Shown in pieces: positions 19,634 to 30,413 of a stretch of 64,000 bases of DNA. Every line of letters starts with the position of its first letter. The first letter of the stretch is position 1. Both the position numbers and the translations under genes were made by a program. This DNA comes from Candidatus Shapirobacteria bacterium. GTDB taxonomy: Bacteria > Patescibacteriota > Microgenomatia > UBA12405 > UBA6130. Below the pieces are notes generated by a model, which worked only from the letters and a program-made list of their open reading frames with translations, searched no databases and had not been told where the DNA came from. The stretch lies in assembly GCA_027007615.1 (NCBI GenBank), contig JALTFB010000031.1:314-64313 (forward strand), read 5' to 3'.

Positions 19634-20176
19634 TTAGGCAGCCGTTTTGGCAATTTTGCCCGGCTTCAATTTAATTATTTCTTTCTGGTAACGAATCCCT
19701 TTTCCCTTATAGGGATCGGGCGGGCGGATGCGGCGAATTTGGGCCGCTATTTCACCCACCACCTGCTTATCAACTCCATCAATAAACAGCAAATCTCCAT
19801 CTACACGAAATTGTATGCCCGCCGGAGGCTCGATTCGCACCAAATGAGAAAGCCCTACTTGAAAAATGACCGCATCGCCTTCCTTTTTTACCTTATAGCC
19901 GGTGCCCACCACCTGCATAACCTCCTGCCAGCCTTCATTTACCCCCTTCACCGCATTGGCCAAGAGGCTTCGCCAGGTGCCCCATAAAGCTCGGGTCTGG
20001 CGAGTTTCATTTTTAGGGCTAACTCGCAAAACATTTTTTTCTACAACTACCGCCAACGATAGGGGAAGAGTCTGTGCCAGCTCACCTTTGGGCCCCTTAA
20101 TTAATATCGTCTGGCCCTTTTTAACGGCAGTTACCGAATCTGGAATCGGAACCGGTTGTTGGCCAATTTTAGACAT
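19634..20176 (-). CDS. rplF: 50S ribosomal protein L6
   Basis: MSKIGQQPV, RPPDPYKGKGIRY. Confidence 0.97.
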   Translation of the reverse strand: MSKIGQQPVPIPDSVTAVKKGQTILIKGPKGELAQTLPLSLAVVVEKNVLRVSPKNETRQTRALWGTWRSLLANAVKGVNEGWQEVMQVVGTGYKVKKEGDAVIFQVGLSHLVRIEPPAGIQFRVDGDLLFIDGVDKQVVGEIAAQIRRIRPPDPYKGKGIRYQKEIIKLKPGKIAKTAA

Positions 20177-20177
20177 T

Positions 20178-20576
20178 TTAATTTATTAACACCATGGCGA
20201 TAACTTCGCCGCCAACATTAGCATGCCTTGCCTGAGACGCCACCATTATGCCTTTTGGCGTAGATATGATAACAAAGCCTTTGCCACGGGAAAAAGGAAG
20301 TTTTCGGGCGCCGGAATAATAACGGCGTCCGGGCTTGGAAAATAATTTAACATTAGCCAAAACCGGCTTATCGGCAGATCCCGGATAATAGCGCATTTCC
20401 ACCGTGAAAAATTTTGTTTTATTTTTAGGAAGGCGCACCGAGGATAAGACGCCTTGCTTTTGCAATAAGCGGGCAATAGCTAAATTTAAAGTCGACCTAA
20501 GAATCGAAACCCGCCGTTGGTGGGCCAGAGAGGCATTTTTCAAACGAATTAAGAAATCACCCGCTAAATAATCCAT
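20178..20576 (-). CDS. rpsH: 30S ribosomal protein S8
   Basis: DFLIRLKNA, SKPGRRYY, IISTPKGIM, VGGEVI. Confidence 0.96.
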   Translation of the reverse strand: MDYLAGDFLIRLKNASLAHQRRVSILRSTLNLAIARLLQKQGVLSSVRLPKNKTKFFTVEMRYYPGSADKPVLANVKLFSKPGRRYYSGARKLPFSRGKGFVIISTPKGIMVASQARHANVGGEVIAMVLIN

Positions 20577-20579
20577 TGA

Positions 20580-20765
20580 TTACCAGCTTGCCTTTTTAAC
20601 TCCAGGCAGCTCCCCTTTAATTGCTAATTCTCGAAAACAAAGCCGGCAAAGGCCAAAATAACGGATATATCCCCGCGGCCGGCCGCAAAGTTTACAGCGG
20701 TTGCGATAACGGCCGCTATGCCTTAGCTTCTTTGTTTCTCGAACGATTTTTGCTTTATTTGCCAT
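20580..20765 (-). CDS. rpsN: 30S ribosomal protein S14 type Z
   Basis: [10 protein letters not shown]...[10 protein letters not shown]...LPGVKKASW. Confidence 0.96.
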   Translation of the reverse strand: MANKAKIVRETKKLRHSGRYRNRCKLCGRPRGYIRYFGLCRLCFRELAIKGELPGVKKASW

Positions 20766-21304
20766 TACTGTTTCCTCTCAAAAATAGCTCCTAAACTTTC
20801 TAACAAAAGTTGCGCCTCTTGAAGGCTATTAGTCGAAGTGACAATAGTAATTTCTAGCCCCTTAATCCGCCGCACTTGGTCGGGAGATATCTCTGGGAAC
20901 ACTGCCTGTTCACTGATACCTAAAGTATAATTACCATATTTATCGAAACTTTTCAATGAAAGCCCACGGAAATCACGCAAGCGCGGCAGGACCAAATGAA
21001 AAAGCCTCTCTAAAAAATCATACATTTGCCGCCGTCTTAAAGTCACCTTTAAGCCAATGAGCTCATTGCGGCGCAAGTGAAAACCGGAGATTGCCTTCCG
21101 CGCCCGGCACAGTTGGGGATGGCGCCCGGTAATCTGGGCCAATTCTTTCTTTGCTTCTTCAACCGCCGTCTTGTCATCGCGAAAGCCGGCAATGCCCATA
21201 TTAATAATTACTTTCTCAACCCGTGGCACTGACAACAAGTTTTTCTTGCCAAGTTTCTTCATTAACCGGGGAGCTATTTTCCGGGAAAAATCTTTAGCTA
21301 GCAT
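20765..21304 (-). CDS. rplE: 50S ribosomal protein L5
   Basis: [33 protein letters not shown]. Start MLAKDF. Confidence 0.96.
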   Translation of the reverse strand: MLAKDFSRKIAPRLMKKLGKKNLLSVPRVEKVIINMGIAGFRDDKTAVEEAKKELAQITGRHPQLCRARKAISGFHLRRNELIGLKVTLRRRQMYDFLERLFHLVLPRLRDFRGLSLKSFDKYGNYTLGISEQAVFPEISPDQVRRIKGLEITIVTSTNSLQEAQLLLESLGAIFERKQ

Positions 21305-21629
21305 TTTTACCTCCGCCGAAGGGCTCGCCGCAACGCCGGCAAACCCGCAATTTAACGCCTTTCTCAAAACGAAAGGCAACTCGCGTTGGCTTATGGCAGT
21401 GCGGACAGATCGCCATTATTTTAGAGGCCAACAACGGCCTTTCTATTTCTAAAATCCCACCGGGTTGGTCCCCCTGGGCCTTAACGTGCTTTTTAACAAT
21501 ATTAATGCCTTTCACAATTACCATTCTTTTACCGGACAAAACCTTCTTTATCCGCCCCTTACGGCCACGATCTTTGCCTTGCAAAACTACCACCTCATCA
21601 CCAGATCTAACTTTAAGTTTCAACTTCAT
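21294..21629 (-). CDS. rplX: 50S ribosomal protein L24
   Basis: GDEVVVLQGKDRGRKG KOW motif, C-terminal CPHC...CRRC. Confidence 0.96.
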   Translation of the reverse strand: MKLKLKVRSGDEVVVLQGKDRGRKGRIKKVLSGKRMVIVKGINIVKKHVKAQGDQPGGILEIERPLLASKIMAICPHCHKPTRVAFRFEKGVKLRVCRRCGEPFGGGKNAS

Positions 21630-21631
21630 GT

Positions 21632-22000
21632 TTAGATTACCTCCTTAGCTAGAGAAACAATCTTGCTGTATCCTTTTTCGCGAATTTCCCGAGCAATGGG
21701 CCCAAAAGTGCGGCTGCCTCGAGGATTACCGTGCTCATCAATAATCACCGCCGCATTGTCGTCAAAACGGACGTAAGAGCCATCCTTCCTGCGCAACTCT
21801 TTGCGCGTCCTTACCACCACGGCCTTGACTTTTTCTTTCCGCTTTACCACCCCGTCTGCCGCCGCCTCCTTAACCACAGCTAAGATTTTGTCACCGATGC
21901 GCGCATAAAAACGCCGGCTGCCGCCATAAACATGGATCAGCATCAGTTTTTTGGCCCCAGTGTTATCGGCCGCCGCCAGAATAGACCTTAATTGCAACAT
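21632..22000 (-). CDS. rplN: 50S ribosomal protein L14
   Basis: [26 protein letters not shown]. Confidence 0.98.
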   Translation of the reverse strand: MLQLRSILAAADNTGAKKLMLIHVYGGSRRFYARIGDKILAVVKEAAADGVVKRKEKVKAVVVRTRKELRRKDGSYVRFDDNAAVIIDEHGNPRGSRTFGPIAREIREKGYSKIVSLAKEVI

Positions 22001-22001
22001 T

Positions 22002-22265
22002 TTATTTTCTCCGTAAAATTTTAGTAACCGTAAATCTTTTTAACTTGCTCAAGGGACGGACCTCTTTAATTTCTACCCAATCGCCCTGACTGGCGCCTAA
22101 CTGGTTATCCGCGTAGAATTTATTTCTTTTAACTACCACCCGGCGATAAAACGGATGAGGCCGGCGCTCCTCCCTCAAGACCACCGCTGTTTTAGCCATT
22201 TTCACAGAAACTACTTGGCCTTGGAAAAATTTGCCTTGGCGTTTAATTTTTATCTTTTTCTTCAT
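22002..22265 (-). CDS. rpsQ: 30S ribosomal protein S17
   Basis: [24 protein letters not shown]. Confidence 0.95.
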   Translation of the reverse strand: MKKKIKIKRQGKFFQGQVVSVKMAKTAVVLREERRPHPFYRRVVVKRNKFYADNQLGASQGDWVEIKEVRPLSKLKRFTVTKILRRK

Positions 22266-22491
22266 GCTTTTGTTCCTTAAACTCAGCTAATAACGTTTTT
22301 TCGCGAATGTAAGTGGCCAAAACGGCAATTTGATAATGCAGCTCCCTCATCAGGCGCGTATTTTTCAATTGCCCCCTGCTCAGCTTCATTTTAGCCAATA
22401 AAAGCTCTCGGCGTTTTTGCGCCAATTCCGTCAGCAATTCCGCCTTTTTCTGCCGACGCCATAACCGATTTTGTTTTTGTCTCTTCTTCAT
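22243..22491 (-). CDS. rpmC: 50S ribosomal protein L29
   Basis: Lies between rplP and rpsQ. GQLKNTRLMRELHYQIAVLATYIRE. Confidence 0.88.
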   Translation of the reverse strand: MKKRQKQNRLWRRQKKAELLTELAQKRRELLLAKMKLSRGQLKNTRLMRELHYQIAVLATYIREKTLLAEFKEQKHEEKDKN

Positions 22492-22895
22492 TTTCTAACG
22501 ACTATTTTAGTTGCTAACGGTAGCTTGGTAATCGCTCTGCGTAAAGCCTCCCAGGCTGTTTTTTCTTCCACGCCACTCAGCTCAAAGATTACTTTTCCCG
22601 GGCGGATAACAGCCACATAAGTATCAACATCCCCCTTGCCGCCGCCCATTGTTGATCCCGCCGGTTTTTTGGTTACCGGCTTATCGGGAAAAATTCTAAT
22701 CCACATTTTACCACTTCTCTTGGTATAATTTGTAATTGCCCGACGAGCAGCCTCTATTTGGGCCGCTGTCAGCCAGCCGGCCTCAAGACTCTTAAGGCCA
22801 ATCTCTCCAAAGGTAATGCTAAAACCGGATTGGGCCCTACCTCCTATATGGCCGCGAAATTGTTTGCGAAATTTTGTTTTTCTTGGCTGTAACAT
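22488..22895 (-). CDS. rplP: 50S ribosomal protein L16
   Basis: MLQPRKTKFRKQFRG, QIEAARRAI, WIRIFPDKPVTKKP...MGGGKG. Confidence 0.98.
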   Translation of the reverse strand: MLQPRKTKFRKQFRGHIGGRAQSGFSITFGEIGLKSLEAGWLTAAQIEAARRAITNYTKRSGKMWIRIFPDKPVTKKPAGSTMGGGKGDVDTYVAVIRPGKVIFELSGVEEKTAWEALRRAITKLPLATKIVVRK

Positions 22896-22897
22896 GG

Positions 22898-23545
22898 TTA
22901 TTTTCCGCGATTAATATAAACTCTTAAACCTATGTATCCCGATCTGGTAAGGACCGGCGTTTGGGCATAATCAATGTTGCTGCGAATAGTGTTAAGGGAA
23001 ACTTGGCCGCGATAAAATTTTTCCTGGCGGCTAATTTCGGCGCCATTAACTCGCCCTTTGATAATTATTTTTACTCCCTTAGCACCGGCGGCTATAATCC
23101 TATCCATTGCCTGGTTAATGACCCGCCGATACGGCATGCGGCGCAATAACTGGCTGGCTATCCGCTCTGACACCACTTTCGCCGAGAAATCGGGATTTTT
23201 GTATTCTTCCACATCTAATTCCAAGTTTTTATCCGGATGGTTAATGGTTTTAACCATCGTTTTCAACTTCCCTTTTAATTCTTCCAAGCCTTTTCCGCCC
23301 CGGCCAATAACCAACCCCGGCCGAGTGACTACCAAAGTTATTTTAATATTCCTATTAAAGCGCTCTATGTAAATGGCCGCCACTCCAGCTTGGCGCAACC
23401 TATCTTCTAAGAAGCGACGCAGATTCAAATCTTCCTGCCAAAAAGCAATATATTGTTTCTTATTGGCAAACCAACGTGAAGTCCAGCTTACATTAGTTTT
23501 CGGGCTGCCTAATCGGAAAGCAACCGGATTAACTTTTTGCCCCAT
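22898..23545 (-). CDS. rpsC: 30S ribosomal protein S3
   Basis: MGQKVNPVAFRLG, RPGLVIGRGG, GRVNGAEISR. Confidence 0.97.
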   Translation of the reverse strand: MGQKVNPVAFRLGSPKTNVSWTSRWFANKKQYIAFWQEDLNLRRFLEDRLRQAGVAAIYIERFNRNIKITLVVTRPGLVIGRGGKGLEELKGKLKTMVKTINHPDKNLELDVEEYKNPDFSAKVVSERIASQLLRRMPYRRVINQAMDRIIAAGAKGVKIIIKGRVNGAEISRQEKFYRGQVSLNTIRSNIDYAQTPVLTRSGYIGLRVYINRGK

Positions 23546-23930
23546 CTTTTTTTACCCCTTTAAGGCTAACAATTAAATGGCTGCGCCGTTTTTGGATAAG
23601 GCCTTGGTGGAAACGGGCACTGTGCGACTTATCCATTCGCTTAAGCCGTGTCCCTTCGTTGACCAGAATCTTTTCAAAGCGCAAGCTAGATTTATTAAGG
23701 TGGAAATTGTGCTCGGCATCGGCAATCGCCGTCCTAACGGCCTTATATAAAAAACGGGCACCCTTCTTATTGACAAATGGTAGGAGCGTCAGGGCCTCCT
23801 CGGGAGTCTTATTTTTAAAAGCTGCCGCAACAAGCCTCAATTTGCGCGGGGAAATCGGCAATGACCGCGCCATAGTAGTAACAACTTTAGACATCGGCTT
23901 CTTTTTGCTTTTTTGCGCTTTTGCTTTCAT
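23529..23930 (-). CDS. rplV: 50S ribosomal protein L22
   Basis: ISPRKLRLVA, AIADAEHN, KRRSHLIV. Confidence 0.95.
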   Translation of the reverse strand: MKAKAQKSKKKPMSKVVTTMARSLPISPRKLRLVAAAFKNKTPEEALTLLPFVNKKGARFLYKAVRTAIADAEHNFHLNKSSLRFEKILVNEGTRLKRMDKSHSARFHQGLIQKRRSHLIVSLKGVKKDGAKS

Positions 23931-24214
23931 TATGTCTTCTCCACAATCCTCTTAACAACTCGGCCGTGCCCCCGGAAAGTACGGGTTGGCGCAAATTCTC
24001 CCAAGCGGTACCCAACCATATCTTCAACTATAAAGACTTTGATGAATTTCCGGCCATTATGGACTAAAAAGGTATAACCCACAAACTCTGGTGGGATTTG
24101 GCTTGCTCGAGCCCAAGTTTTGATAGGTTCTTTTTTGCCGGCGGCCTTTTGAGAAGCTACTTTTGACAATAGCTTTACGTCAACATAGGGCCCCTTTTTA
24201 GAACTGCGGCTCAT
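23930..24214 (-). CDS. rpsS: 30S ribosomal protein S19
   Basis: [29 protein letters not shown]. Confidence 0.98.
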   Translation of the reverse strand: MSRSSKKGPYVDVKLLSKVASQKAAGKKEPIKTWARASQIPPEFVGYTFLVHNGRKFIKVFIVEDMVGYRLGEFAPTRTFRGHGRVVKRIVEKT

Positions 24215-24969
24215 GGTTTCCTCCGTTTTACAATTAACCGTTCCGAATATTTATGCCGGCGGCGCGTTCTTTTCCCCAGAGCTTTTTTACCCCAAGGAGT
24301 CTTGGGAAATTTCATGCCAATTCCCGAGCGGCCTTCGCCGCCACCGTGAGGATGGGAACCAGGATGCTGAGCTACTCCTCTCACTGTAGGGCGAATTCCC
24401 CTATGACGCTTACTGCCGGCTTTGCCTAATTTTACCTTATTCCAACCGACATTGCTAATCTGCCCAATAGTGGCTGTCGCTTTGGAAGAAAAAATGCGCA
24501 ACTCTCCGGAAGGCATTTTCACCAAGACTTTAGTTTTCTCTTGGCTCTGAATATAGGCGGCCGCCCCGGCGCTGCGGACTAATTGGCCGCCTTTACCCGG
24601 ACGGATTTCTAAATTATGAATCGCCACGCCGGCCGGTATGTTGGCCAAAGGAAGACTGTTCCCAATCTCAATCGGAGCCTTAGCGGCAGCAACTACTTTA
24701 TCGCCCGCTTTTAACCCTTTTGGAGCTATAATATAGCGGCGTTCACCGTCTTTGTAAAGCAAAAGAGCAATATTAGCCGTTCTGTTGGGATCATACTCTA
24801 TCGCTTCCACCTTAGCCTCTATATTCCGCTTGTTGCGCCGCCAATCAATTTTCCGTAATTGACGCTTATGTTCTCCCCCTTTATGGCGTACCGCCACATG
24901 CCCTTTATTGTCACGGCCGCCATGCTTTTTGCGGATGCGCAAAAGAGACTGAGCTTTCCTATTATTCAT
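24211..24969 (-). CDS. rplB: 50S ribosomal protein L2 (N-terminally shortened)
   Basis: [30 protein letters not shown]. Confidence 0.97.
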   Translation of the reverse strand: MNNRKAQSLLRIRKKHGGRDNKGHVAVRHKGGEHKRQLRKIDWRRNKRNIEAKVEAIEYDPNRTANIALLLYKDGERRYIIAPKGLKAGDKVVAAAKAPIEIGNSLPLANIPAGVAIHNLEIRPGKGGQLVRSAGAAAYIQSQEKTKVLVKMPSGELRIFSSKATATIGQISNVGWNKVKLGKAGSKRHRGIRPTVRGVAQHPGSHPHGGGEGRSGIGMKFPKTPWGKKALGKRTRRRHKYSERLIVKRRKP

Positions 24970-25259
24970 TTCTTAGTTTCCTTAAGTGATAACTCTTTAA
25001 TCTTTTCTCCTTCTTTCAAAAAAACCAAAAACTTTTTTCGCTTGGGCCGGCGGTGTGAACGGCGTTGCCGCCAGTTCATTTTTACCTTTCCCCAACGAAA
25101 CATGCTATTCACCTTAGCCACTTTTACGCCAAAAAGTTCTTCTACTAACTCGCGCACTTGGTTCTTGGTGGCCGTTACCGGAGCCCAAAAACAATAAACC
25201 CCCCGCTCCTGATCTTGGACGGCCTTCTCGCTTAGAATCGGCTCCAGAAGAAACCTCAT
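24966..25259 (-). CDS. rplW: 50S ribosomal protein L23
   Basis: PILSEKA, ATKNQVRELVEELFGVKVAKVN. Confidence 0.95.
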   Translation of the reverse strand: MRFLLEPILSEKAVQDQERGVYCFWAPVTATKNQVRELVEELFGVKVAKVNSMFRWGKVKMNWRQRRSHRRPKRKKFLVFLKEGEKIKELSLKETKK

Positions 25260-25951
25260 TGTTCGCCGGCTCCCAATTTGTTCAAATAATCAATGGCTTC
25301 TGGGTTAATAAGCAAATATCGATACTGCAAAAACCTATAGGCATTCAGCCTACTGGCATTAATAAAACCTAACTGCCAGCGCTTTTCAATCTGGCGCAGA
25401 TTCTTTAAACCTCTCTGTTTTTCCGGCTTTAGCCCATATAAGAAAACTGCCACCTTGTTGGCGGTAACTTTCTGTTTGGTTAATAACGTAGCCATTTTAG
25501 CCTCCACTTTGCGTGTTTTCGGGGGCAATTTTTGCCAACCGGAAACAACCAATAGCTTCCGTTCTCGAAAATAATCGCTTAAAACAGACAAAAGCGCCAA
25601 CCGCTTCATTTTTTTGGGCAGCCGCAATTGCCAATTGGCATCTCCGCGCGGGCCATGGGCAACACCACCGCCAACAAAAATGGGGGCGTAACGATCTCCA
25701 TGGCGGGCCCGGCCGGTGCCTTTTTGAGACCAAATTTTCCGGCGCGAACCTCTTACTTCGCCGCGGCTTTTCACTTTTGCATGGGCATTGCGGCAGCGAG
25801 ACAAATAGACCCGAACCGCTTGAGCAACCAATTGTTTATTGGGCTTAATCCCAAAAACTTCCGGAGACAAATCAATTGTCTGTTCCGTCACCCGCCCGCT
25901 GAGACTGTAAATCGGTACCGCAAAAGGGTTAATTTTCTTTTTTGCCGCCAT
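25256..25951 (-). CDS. rplD: 50S ribosomal protein L4
   Basis: KSRGEVRGSRRKIWSQKGTGRARHG, GGGVAHGP. Confidence 0.96.
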   Translation of the reverse strand: MAAKKKINPFAVPIYSLSGRVTEQTIDLSPEVFGIKPNKQLVAQAVRVYLSRCRNAHAKVKSRGEVRGSRRKIWSQKGTGRARHGDRYAPIFVGGGVAHGPRGDANWQLRLPKKMKRLALLSVLSDYFRERKLLVVSGWQKLPPKTRKVEAKMATLLTKQKVTANKVAVFLYGLKPEKQRGLKNLRQIEKRWQLGFINASRLNAYRFLQYRYLLINPEAIDYLNKLGAGEQ

Positions 25952-26612
25952 TGTCATCCTCACCAGCTTCCGCTAAGGGAGCAAATTCCTGCTTCCGGCC
26001 GGTAACTTCTAAATAAACCCAACTATTGTAGTGCCCGGGGATAGCGCCCCTAATCCAAACTTCATTGTTCTCTGCATTGGTCTTAACCACCAAAAGATTA
26101 TCTACCGTAATTTGTTGATGACCATAATGGCCCGGCATTTTCTTCCCTTTTATTACCCGGCCCGGTGTTTGGGCGCCAATTGACCCCGGCGCCCGCTCCC
26201 TATCCGATTGGCCATGTGTCTTAGGCTGGCTATGGAATCCCCAACGCTTAATCACTCCGGCAAAACCTCGCCCCTTGCTTATACTCCTTACCTTCACCAA
26301 CTGCCCCGGCTGAAAAACATCGCTTAGCTTAACCTCTTCACCTATTTTCTGCGGCAATTCGCTAGCCGGCAAATTTTTAAATCTGAACCAATTATGCTTA
26401 AGTCCCGCTTTTCTAAGAATGCCGGCCAGCGCTTTATTGAGCTTTCTTTTCTCTGCGCCACTGCTGACTACCTGAACTTGCTTCAACTGCGGATAAATTC
26501 CCGTCACATAGCTTGGCGGAGCAAACAATACCGTGATAGGCACTACCAGCCCCTCCTTGTCAAAGGCTTGCATCATCTGTTTTTTTTGCGTCCAAAAACC
26601 TAATATTTTCAT
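25929..26612 (-). CDS. rplC: 50S ribosomal protein L3
   Basis: SKGRGFAGVIKRWGF, RAPGSIG, KGKKMPGHYG. Start MKILGFW. Confidence 0.96.
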   Translation of the reverse strand: MKILGFWTQKKQMMQAFDKEGLVVPITVLFAPPSYVTGIYPQLKQVQVVSSGAEKRKLNKALAGILRKAGLKHNWFRFKNLPASELPQKIGEEVKLSDVFQPGQLVKVRSISKGRGFAGVIKRWGFHSQPKTHGQSDRERAPGSIGAQTPGRVIKGKKMPGHYGHQQITVDNLLVVKTNAENNEVWIRGAIPGHYNSWVYLEVTGRKQEFAPLAEAGEDDNGGKKEN

Positions 26613-26618
26613 GACAAT

Positions 26619-26643
26619 AAAAAAAGGGCTCGGGGCCCCTTTT
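26619..26643 (-). terminator. Terminator-like hairpin immediately upstream of rplC
   Basis: Minus strand aaaaggggc-cccga-gccc-ttttttt, ending 6 nt before the ATG. Confidence 0.5.
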
Positions 26644-26716
26644 AATTCTTTTCCTGCTTTAAACAAAGCTGCGTCAATTGGCTAAAATGCCAAATTTTTC
26701 ACTTTCCGATGGCCTC

Positions 26717-27025
26717 CTAAATTTTAATTTCTACTCGTACTCCAGCCGGCAATTCTAAATGCTGGAGACTGTCTAACACCCGGGCATTCACTTCATAAAC
26801 ATCAATAATCCGCTTATGCGTCAAAATTTCAAAGTGGTCTCGCGCATCTTTATCGGTATGAGGGCTTGTAGTGACTACAAAAAGCTTCCTTCCGGTCGGC
26901 AAAGGTATTGGCCCGGCAATGCGAGCTCCACTAGTCACCACCGCTTCAATTATTTTACCTGCCGCCTCATCAATAAGGCGATGGTCGTATGATTTTAAAC
27001 GTACGCGCAATCTTTGCCTAGCCAT
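26717..27025 (-). CDS. rpsJ: 30S ribosomal protein S10
   Basis: RLKSYDHRLID, GPIPLPT, SPHTDKDARDHFE, LPAGV. Confidence 0.98.
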   Translation of the reverse strand: MARQRLRVRLKSYDHRLIDEAAGKIIEAVVTSGARIAGPIPLPTGRKLFVVTTSPHTDKDARDHFEILTHKRIIDVYEVNARVLDSLQHLELPAGVRVEIKI

Positions 27026-27039
27026 TGGCTAGATTAACC

Positions 27040-28239
27040 TCATTCGATAATTTCAGTAACCACTCCTGCCCCTACAGTTAAACCGCCTTCGCGTATAGCA
27101 AACCTGTTGCCCTTTTCCAAAGCAACCGGCTTAATGAGTTCTACTTCTAAAGCGGCATTATCGCCAGGCATAATCATTTCCGTACCTTCTGCTAGCTTTA
27201 TCGAACCCGTTACGTCGGTAGTCATAATGTAAATTTGGGGACGATAACCGCTAAAGAAAGGCGTATGCCGGCCTCCCTCTTCTTTTTTAAGGACATAAAC
27301 TTCCGCCTTAAATTTTGTGTGGGGAGTAATCGATCCCGGAGCCGCCAAGACCATGCCGCGCTCCACATCTTTCTTTTCAATACCCCGCAGTAAAATGCCA
27401 ATATTGTCTCCCGCCTGGCCCTCTTCCAAAATTTTACGGAACATTTCTATGCCGGTAATTACCGTCTTTCTGGTCCCCCTTAGGCCAACGATTTCAATTT
27501 CATCATTCAATTTTATCTTGCCTCGGCTGACTCTCCCGGTTACCACCGTACCCCTGCCTTTAATTGAAAAAATATCTTCTATCGGCATCAAAAAGGGCTT
27601 GTCAAGGTCGCGTTTTGGCGTGGGAATATAATCATCGACCGCTTTCATTAGGTCCAGAATTGATTTTTCCGCCGCAGCATCGCCTTCGATAGCCTTAAGA
27701 GCCGAACCGCGAATCACTGGAACATTATCGCCATCATATTGGTATTTCTTCAACAATTCCCGCGTTTCCCCCTCAACCAAATCCAAGAACTCGGCATCAT
27801 CAACCAAATCAACCTTATTCAAAAAGACAACTATGGCCGGAACATTTACTTGGCGGGCCAAAAGGACGTGCTCCCGCGTTTGCGGCATTGGACCATCGGC
27901 TGCCGAAACCACCAAAATAGCGCCATCCATTTGGGCGGCGCCGGTAATCATATTTTTAACATAATCGGCGTGCCCCGGACAGTCAATATGGGCGTAATGC
28001 CGCTTATCTGTCTCATACTCTACATGAGCAATGGAAATTGTCAAAATTTTATTGTCATCACGCACCGCGCCTCCCTTGGCGATATCGGCATATTTCATCT
28101 CCTTAGCTTTGCCTTCTTTTGCCAAAACTTTGGTAATAGCTGCCGTTAAAGTTGTTTTGCCATGATCAACATGACCAATAGTCCCAATGTTGACATGGGG
28201 TTTATTGCGTTCAAATTTTTGTTTAGTTGTAGCTGCCAC
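27040..28239 (-). CDS. tuf: Elongation factor Tu
   Basis: [36 protein letters not shown] start with AGGAGG SD. Confidence 0.98.
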   Translation of the reverse strand: MAATTKQKFERNKPHVNIGTIGHVDHGKTTLTAAITKVLAKEGKAKEMKYADIAKGGAVRDDNKILTISIAHVEYETDKRHYAHIDCPGHADYVKNMITGAAQMDGAILVVSAADGPMPQTREHVLLARQVNVPAIVVFLNKVDLVDDAEFLDLVEGETRELLKKYQYDGDNVPVIRGSALKAIEGDAAAEKSILDLMKAVDDYIPTPKRDLDKPFLMPIEDIFSIKGRGTVVTGRVSRGKIKLNDEIEIVGLRGTRKTVITGIEMFRKILEEGQAGDNIGILLRGIEKKDVERGMVLAAPGSITPHTKFKAEVYVLKKEEGGRHTPFFSGYRPQIYIMTTDVTGSIKLAEGTEMIMPGDNAALEVELIKPVALEKGNRFAIREGGLTVGAGVVTEIIE

Positions 28240-28301
28240 TCTAACCTCCTTAATAAAAGTTAACTTTGAAATTGTAACATTTACTTTTCCGAATTGCAAA
28301 C

Positions 28302-30413
28302 TTAATCCTCGCCTTTTGTTTCTTTGCTAATAATTTCTTTCTGAATGTTGGAAGGAACCTCGGCATAATGGGATGGTTCGGCATAAAATGAACCGCGCCC
28401 TTGTGTCAAGCTCCTGATAATCGTAGCATAACCGCTAATATTCGCCAATGGCACCATGGCATTAATTATACGCATTTGCCCCCGACTTTCACTGCCTAAA
28501 ATCTGCGCCCGCCGCGAAGAAAGGTCGCCGATAACTTGGCCCATAAATTCTTCCGGCACACTTACCTCGAGCTTCATAATCGGCTCCAAAAGCACCGGCC
28601 GGGCTTGCTTAACCGCCTCTTGGAGAGCAATAGAGCCGGCAATTTTAAAAGCCATGTCCGAAGAATCAACTTCATGGTAAGAGCCGTCATAAACTACCAC
28701 TTCCACATCCGTAAGCGGGTAGCCCGCAATTACACCTTTTTCAGCTGCTTCCCTCACCCCTTTTTCAATAGAAGGAATAAAGTTTGCGGGAATAGCCGCC
28801 CCTTTAATTTTCGAGCTGAAACTGACACCGCTGTTTTGTTTTCCGGGAATAACACGCAACCAACAATGGCCATATTGTCCCCGACCGCCCGTCTGGCGGA
28901 TATATTTTCCTTCTGCTTCGGCTTCCGTTTTGATTGTTTCCCGATAAGCAACTTGCGGCTTTCCGGTATGCAGTTTAACGCCAAACTCGCGCTGCATGCG
29001 ATCCACTACAATTTCCAGATGCAATTCTCCCATCCCGGAAAGAATTGTTTGGCCTGTTTCCTGGTCGCTTTTCACTCTCAAGGTCGGATCTTCTTCTAAA
29101 AGCCGCCGTAAAGCCTGACTCATTTTTTCTTGATCGCTTTTGCTTTCCGGCTCAATCGCCAAAGAAATGACCGGATCGGCGAATTCTATTGACTCGAACG
29201 AAATTGGGTGGCGAGAATCGCAAAGAGTGTCTCCCGTCTTGGATTCTTTAAGTCCAATGACGGCCACTATTTCTCCCGCAAATGCCTCTTCAATCCCTTC
29301 GCGCTTATTGGCGTGCATCAATAACAAGCGGCCAATGCGCTCCGTTTTATCATTACTGCTATTCAAAACGGTGCCGCCGGTCCGCAAAACACCCGAATAG
29401 ATGCGCAAATAAGAAAGCTTGCCAACGTGAGGATCGGTTTGAACTTTAAAGAGCAAAGCTGATAAAGGCTCTTTATTGTTGGGATGCCGTTCTTCTTGCT
29501 GGCCCGTCTGGGGATTAATCCCTTTGGCCGGAGGGACATCGGCGGGCGAAGGCAGATATTCAACGACTCCGTCCAATAACGGCTGCACGCCTTTGTTGCG
29601 CAACGAAGAGCCGCAATAGATGGGAATTAACCGGCCGGCAATCGTAGCCCGGCGTAAACCCGCTTTCAAATCTTCCACGGGAATTTCTTTTCCTTCCAAA
29701 TACTGCTCCATCAAATCGTCGTTATAAGTGCAAATGTTCTCTATCAATTCTTGGCGGTATTTCTTTAATTCATTTTTCATATCATCGGGAATCGGGTGCT
29801 CGGAAAACTCCGCGCCGGAACCGTCTTTGTCCCAAAGGAGCAATTTCTGCTCTAAAACCAGAGCCACCCCGTGGAAATCGTGTTCAGCGCCGGCGGGAAT
29901 GGTTAAAACCGCCAGCTTTTTGCCGAATCTCTCTTTAATCATTTGCAAAGATCCGGCAAAATTAGCGCCCACTTTGTCCATTTTATTAAGGAAAACTAAA
30001 CGCGGAACGCCGTATTTGTCCGCCTGGTGCCAAACCGTTTCCGATTGGGCTTGAACACCTTCTTCAACATCAAAAACCATAATCGCTCCATCCAAGACAC
30101 GCAAGGCTCTTTCCACTTCGGCGGTAAAATCAACATGCCCCGGAGTATCAATGAGATTAATTCTTATCCCCTTCCAAAAAGCCGTTACCGCGGCGGAAAC
30201 TATAGTTATCCCTCTTTCCCGTTCCTGATCCATCCAATCAGTTACCGTATTGCCGGCATCGATATTGCCCATTTTATAGGTCCGACCGGTATAAAAAAGG
30301 ATTCTCTCGGTCGTCGTCGTTTTGCCGGCGTCAATATGGGCGATAATGCCGATATTGCGAACCTTTTCAATCGACACTAAACGATTCTTGGTGACTTCTA
30401 TTGCTTCTGCCAT
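28302..30413 (-). CDS. fusA: Elongation factor G
   Basis: [43 protein letters not shown]. Start MAEAIEV. Confidence 0.98.
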   Translation of the reverse strand: MAEAIEVTKNRLVSIEKVRNIGIIAHIDAGKTTTTERILFYTGRTYKMGNIDAGNTVTDWMDQERERGITIVSAAVTAFWKGIRINLIDTPGHVDFTAEVERALRVLDGAIMVFDVEEGVQAQSETVWHQADKYGVPRLVFLNKMDKVGANFAGSLQMIKERFGKKLAVLTIPAGAEHDFHGVALVLEQKLLLWDKDGSGAEFSEHPIPDDMKNELKKYRQELIENICTYNDDLMEQYLEGKEIPVEDLKAGLRRATIAGRLIPIYCGSSLRNKGVQPLLDGVVEYLPSPADVPPAKGINPQTGQQEERHPNNKEPLSALLFKVQTDPHVGKLSYLRIYSGVLRTGGTVLNSSNDKTERIGRLLLMHANKREGIEEAFAGEIVAVIGLKESKTGDTLCDSRHPISFESIEFADPVISLAIEPESKSDQEKMSQALRRLLEEDPTLRVKSDQETGQTILSGMGELHLEIVVDRMQREFGVKLHTGKPQVAYRETIKTEAEAEGKYIRQTGGRGQYGHCWLRVIPGKQNSGVSFSSKIKGAAIPANFIPSIEKGVREAAEKGVIAGYPLTDVEVVVYDGSYHEVDSSDMAFKIAGSIALQEAVKQARPVLLEPIMKLEVSVPEEFMGQVIGDLSSRRAQILGSESRGQMRIINAMVPLANISGYATIIRSLTQGRGSFYAEPSHYAEVPSNIQKEIISKETKGED

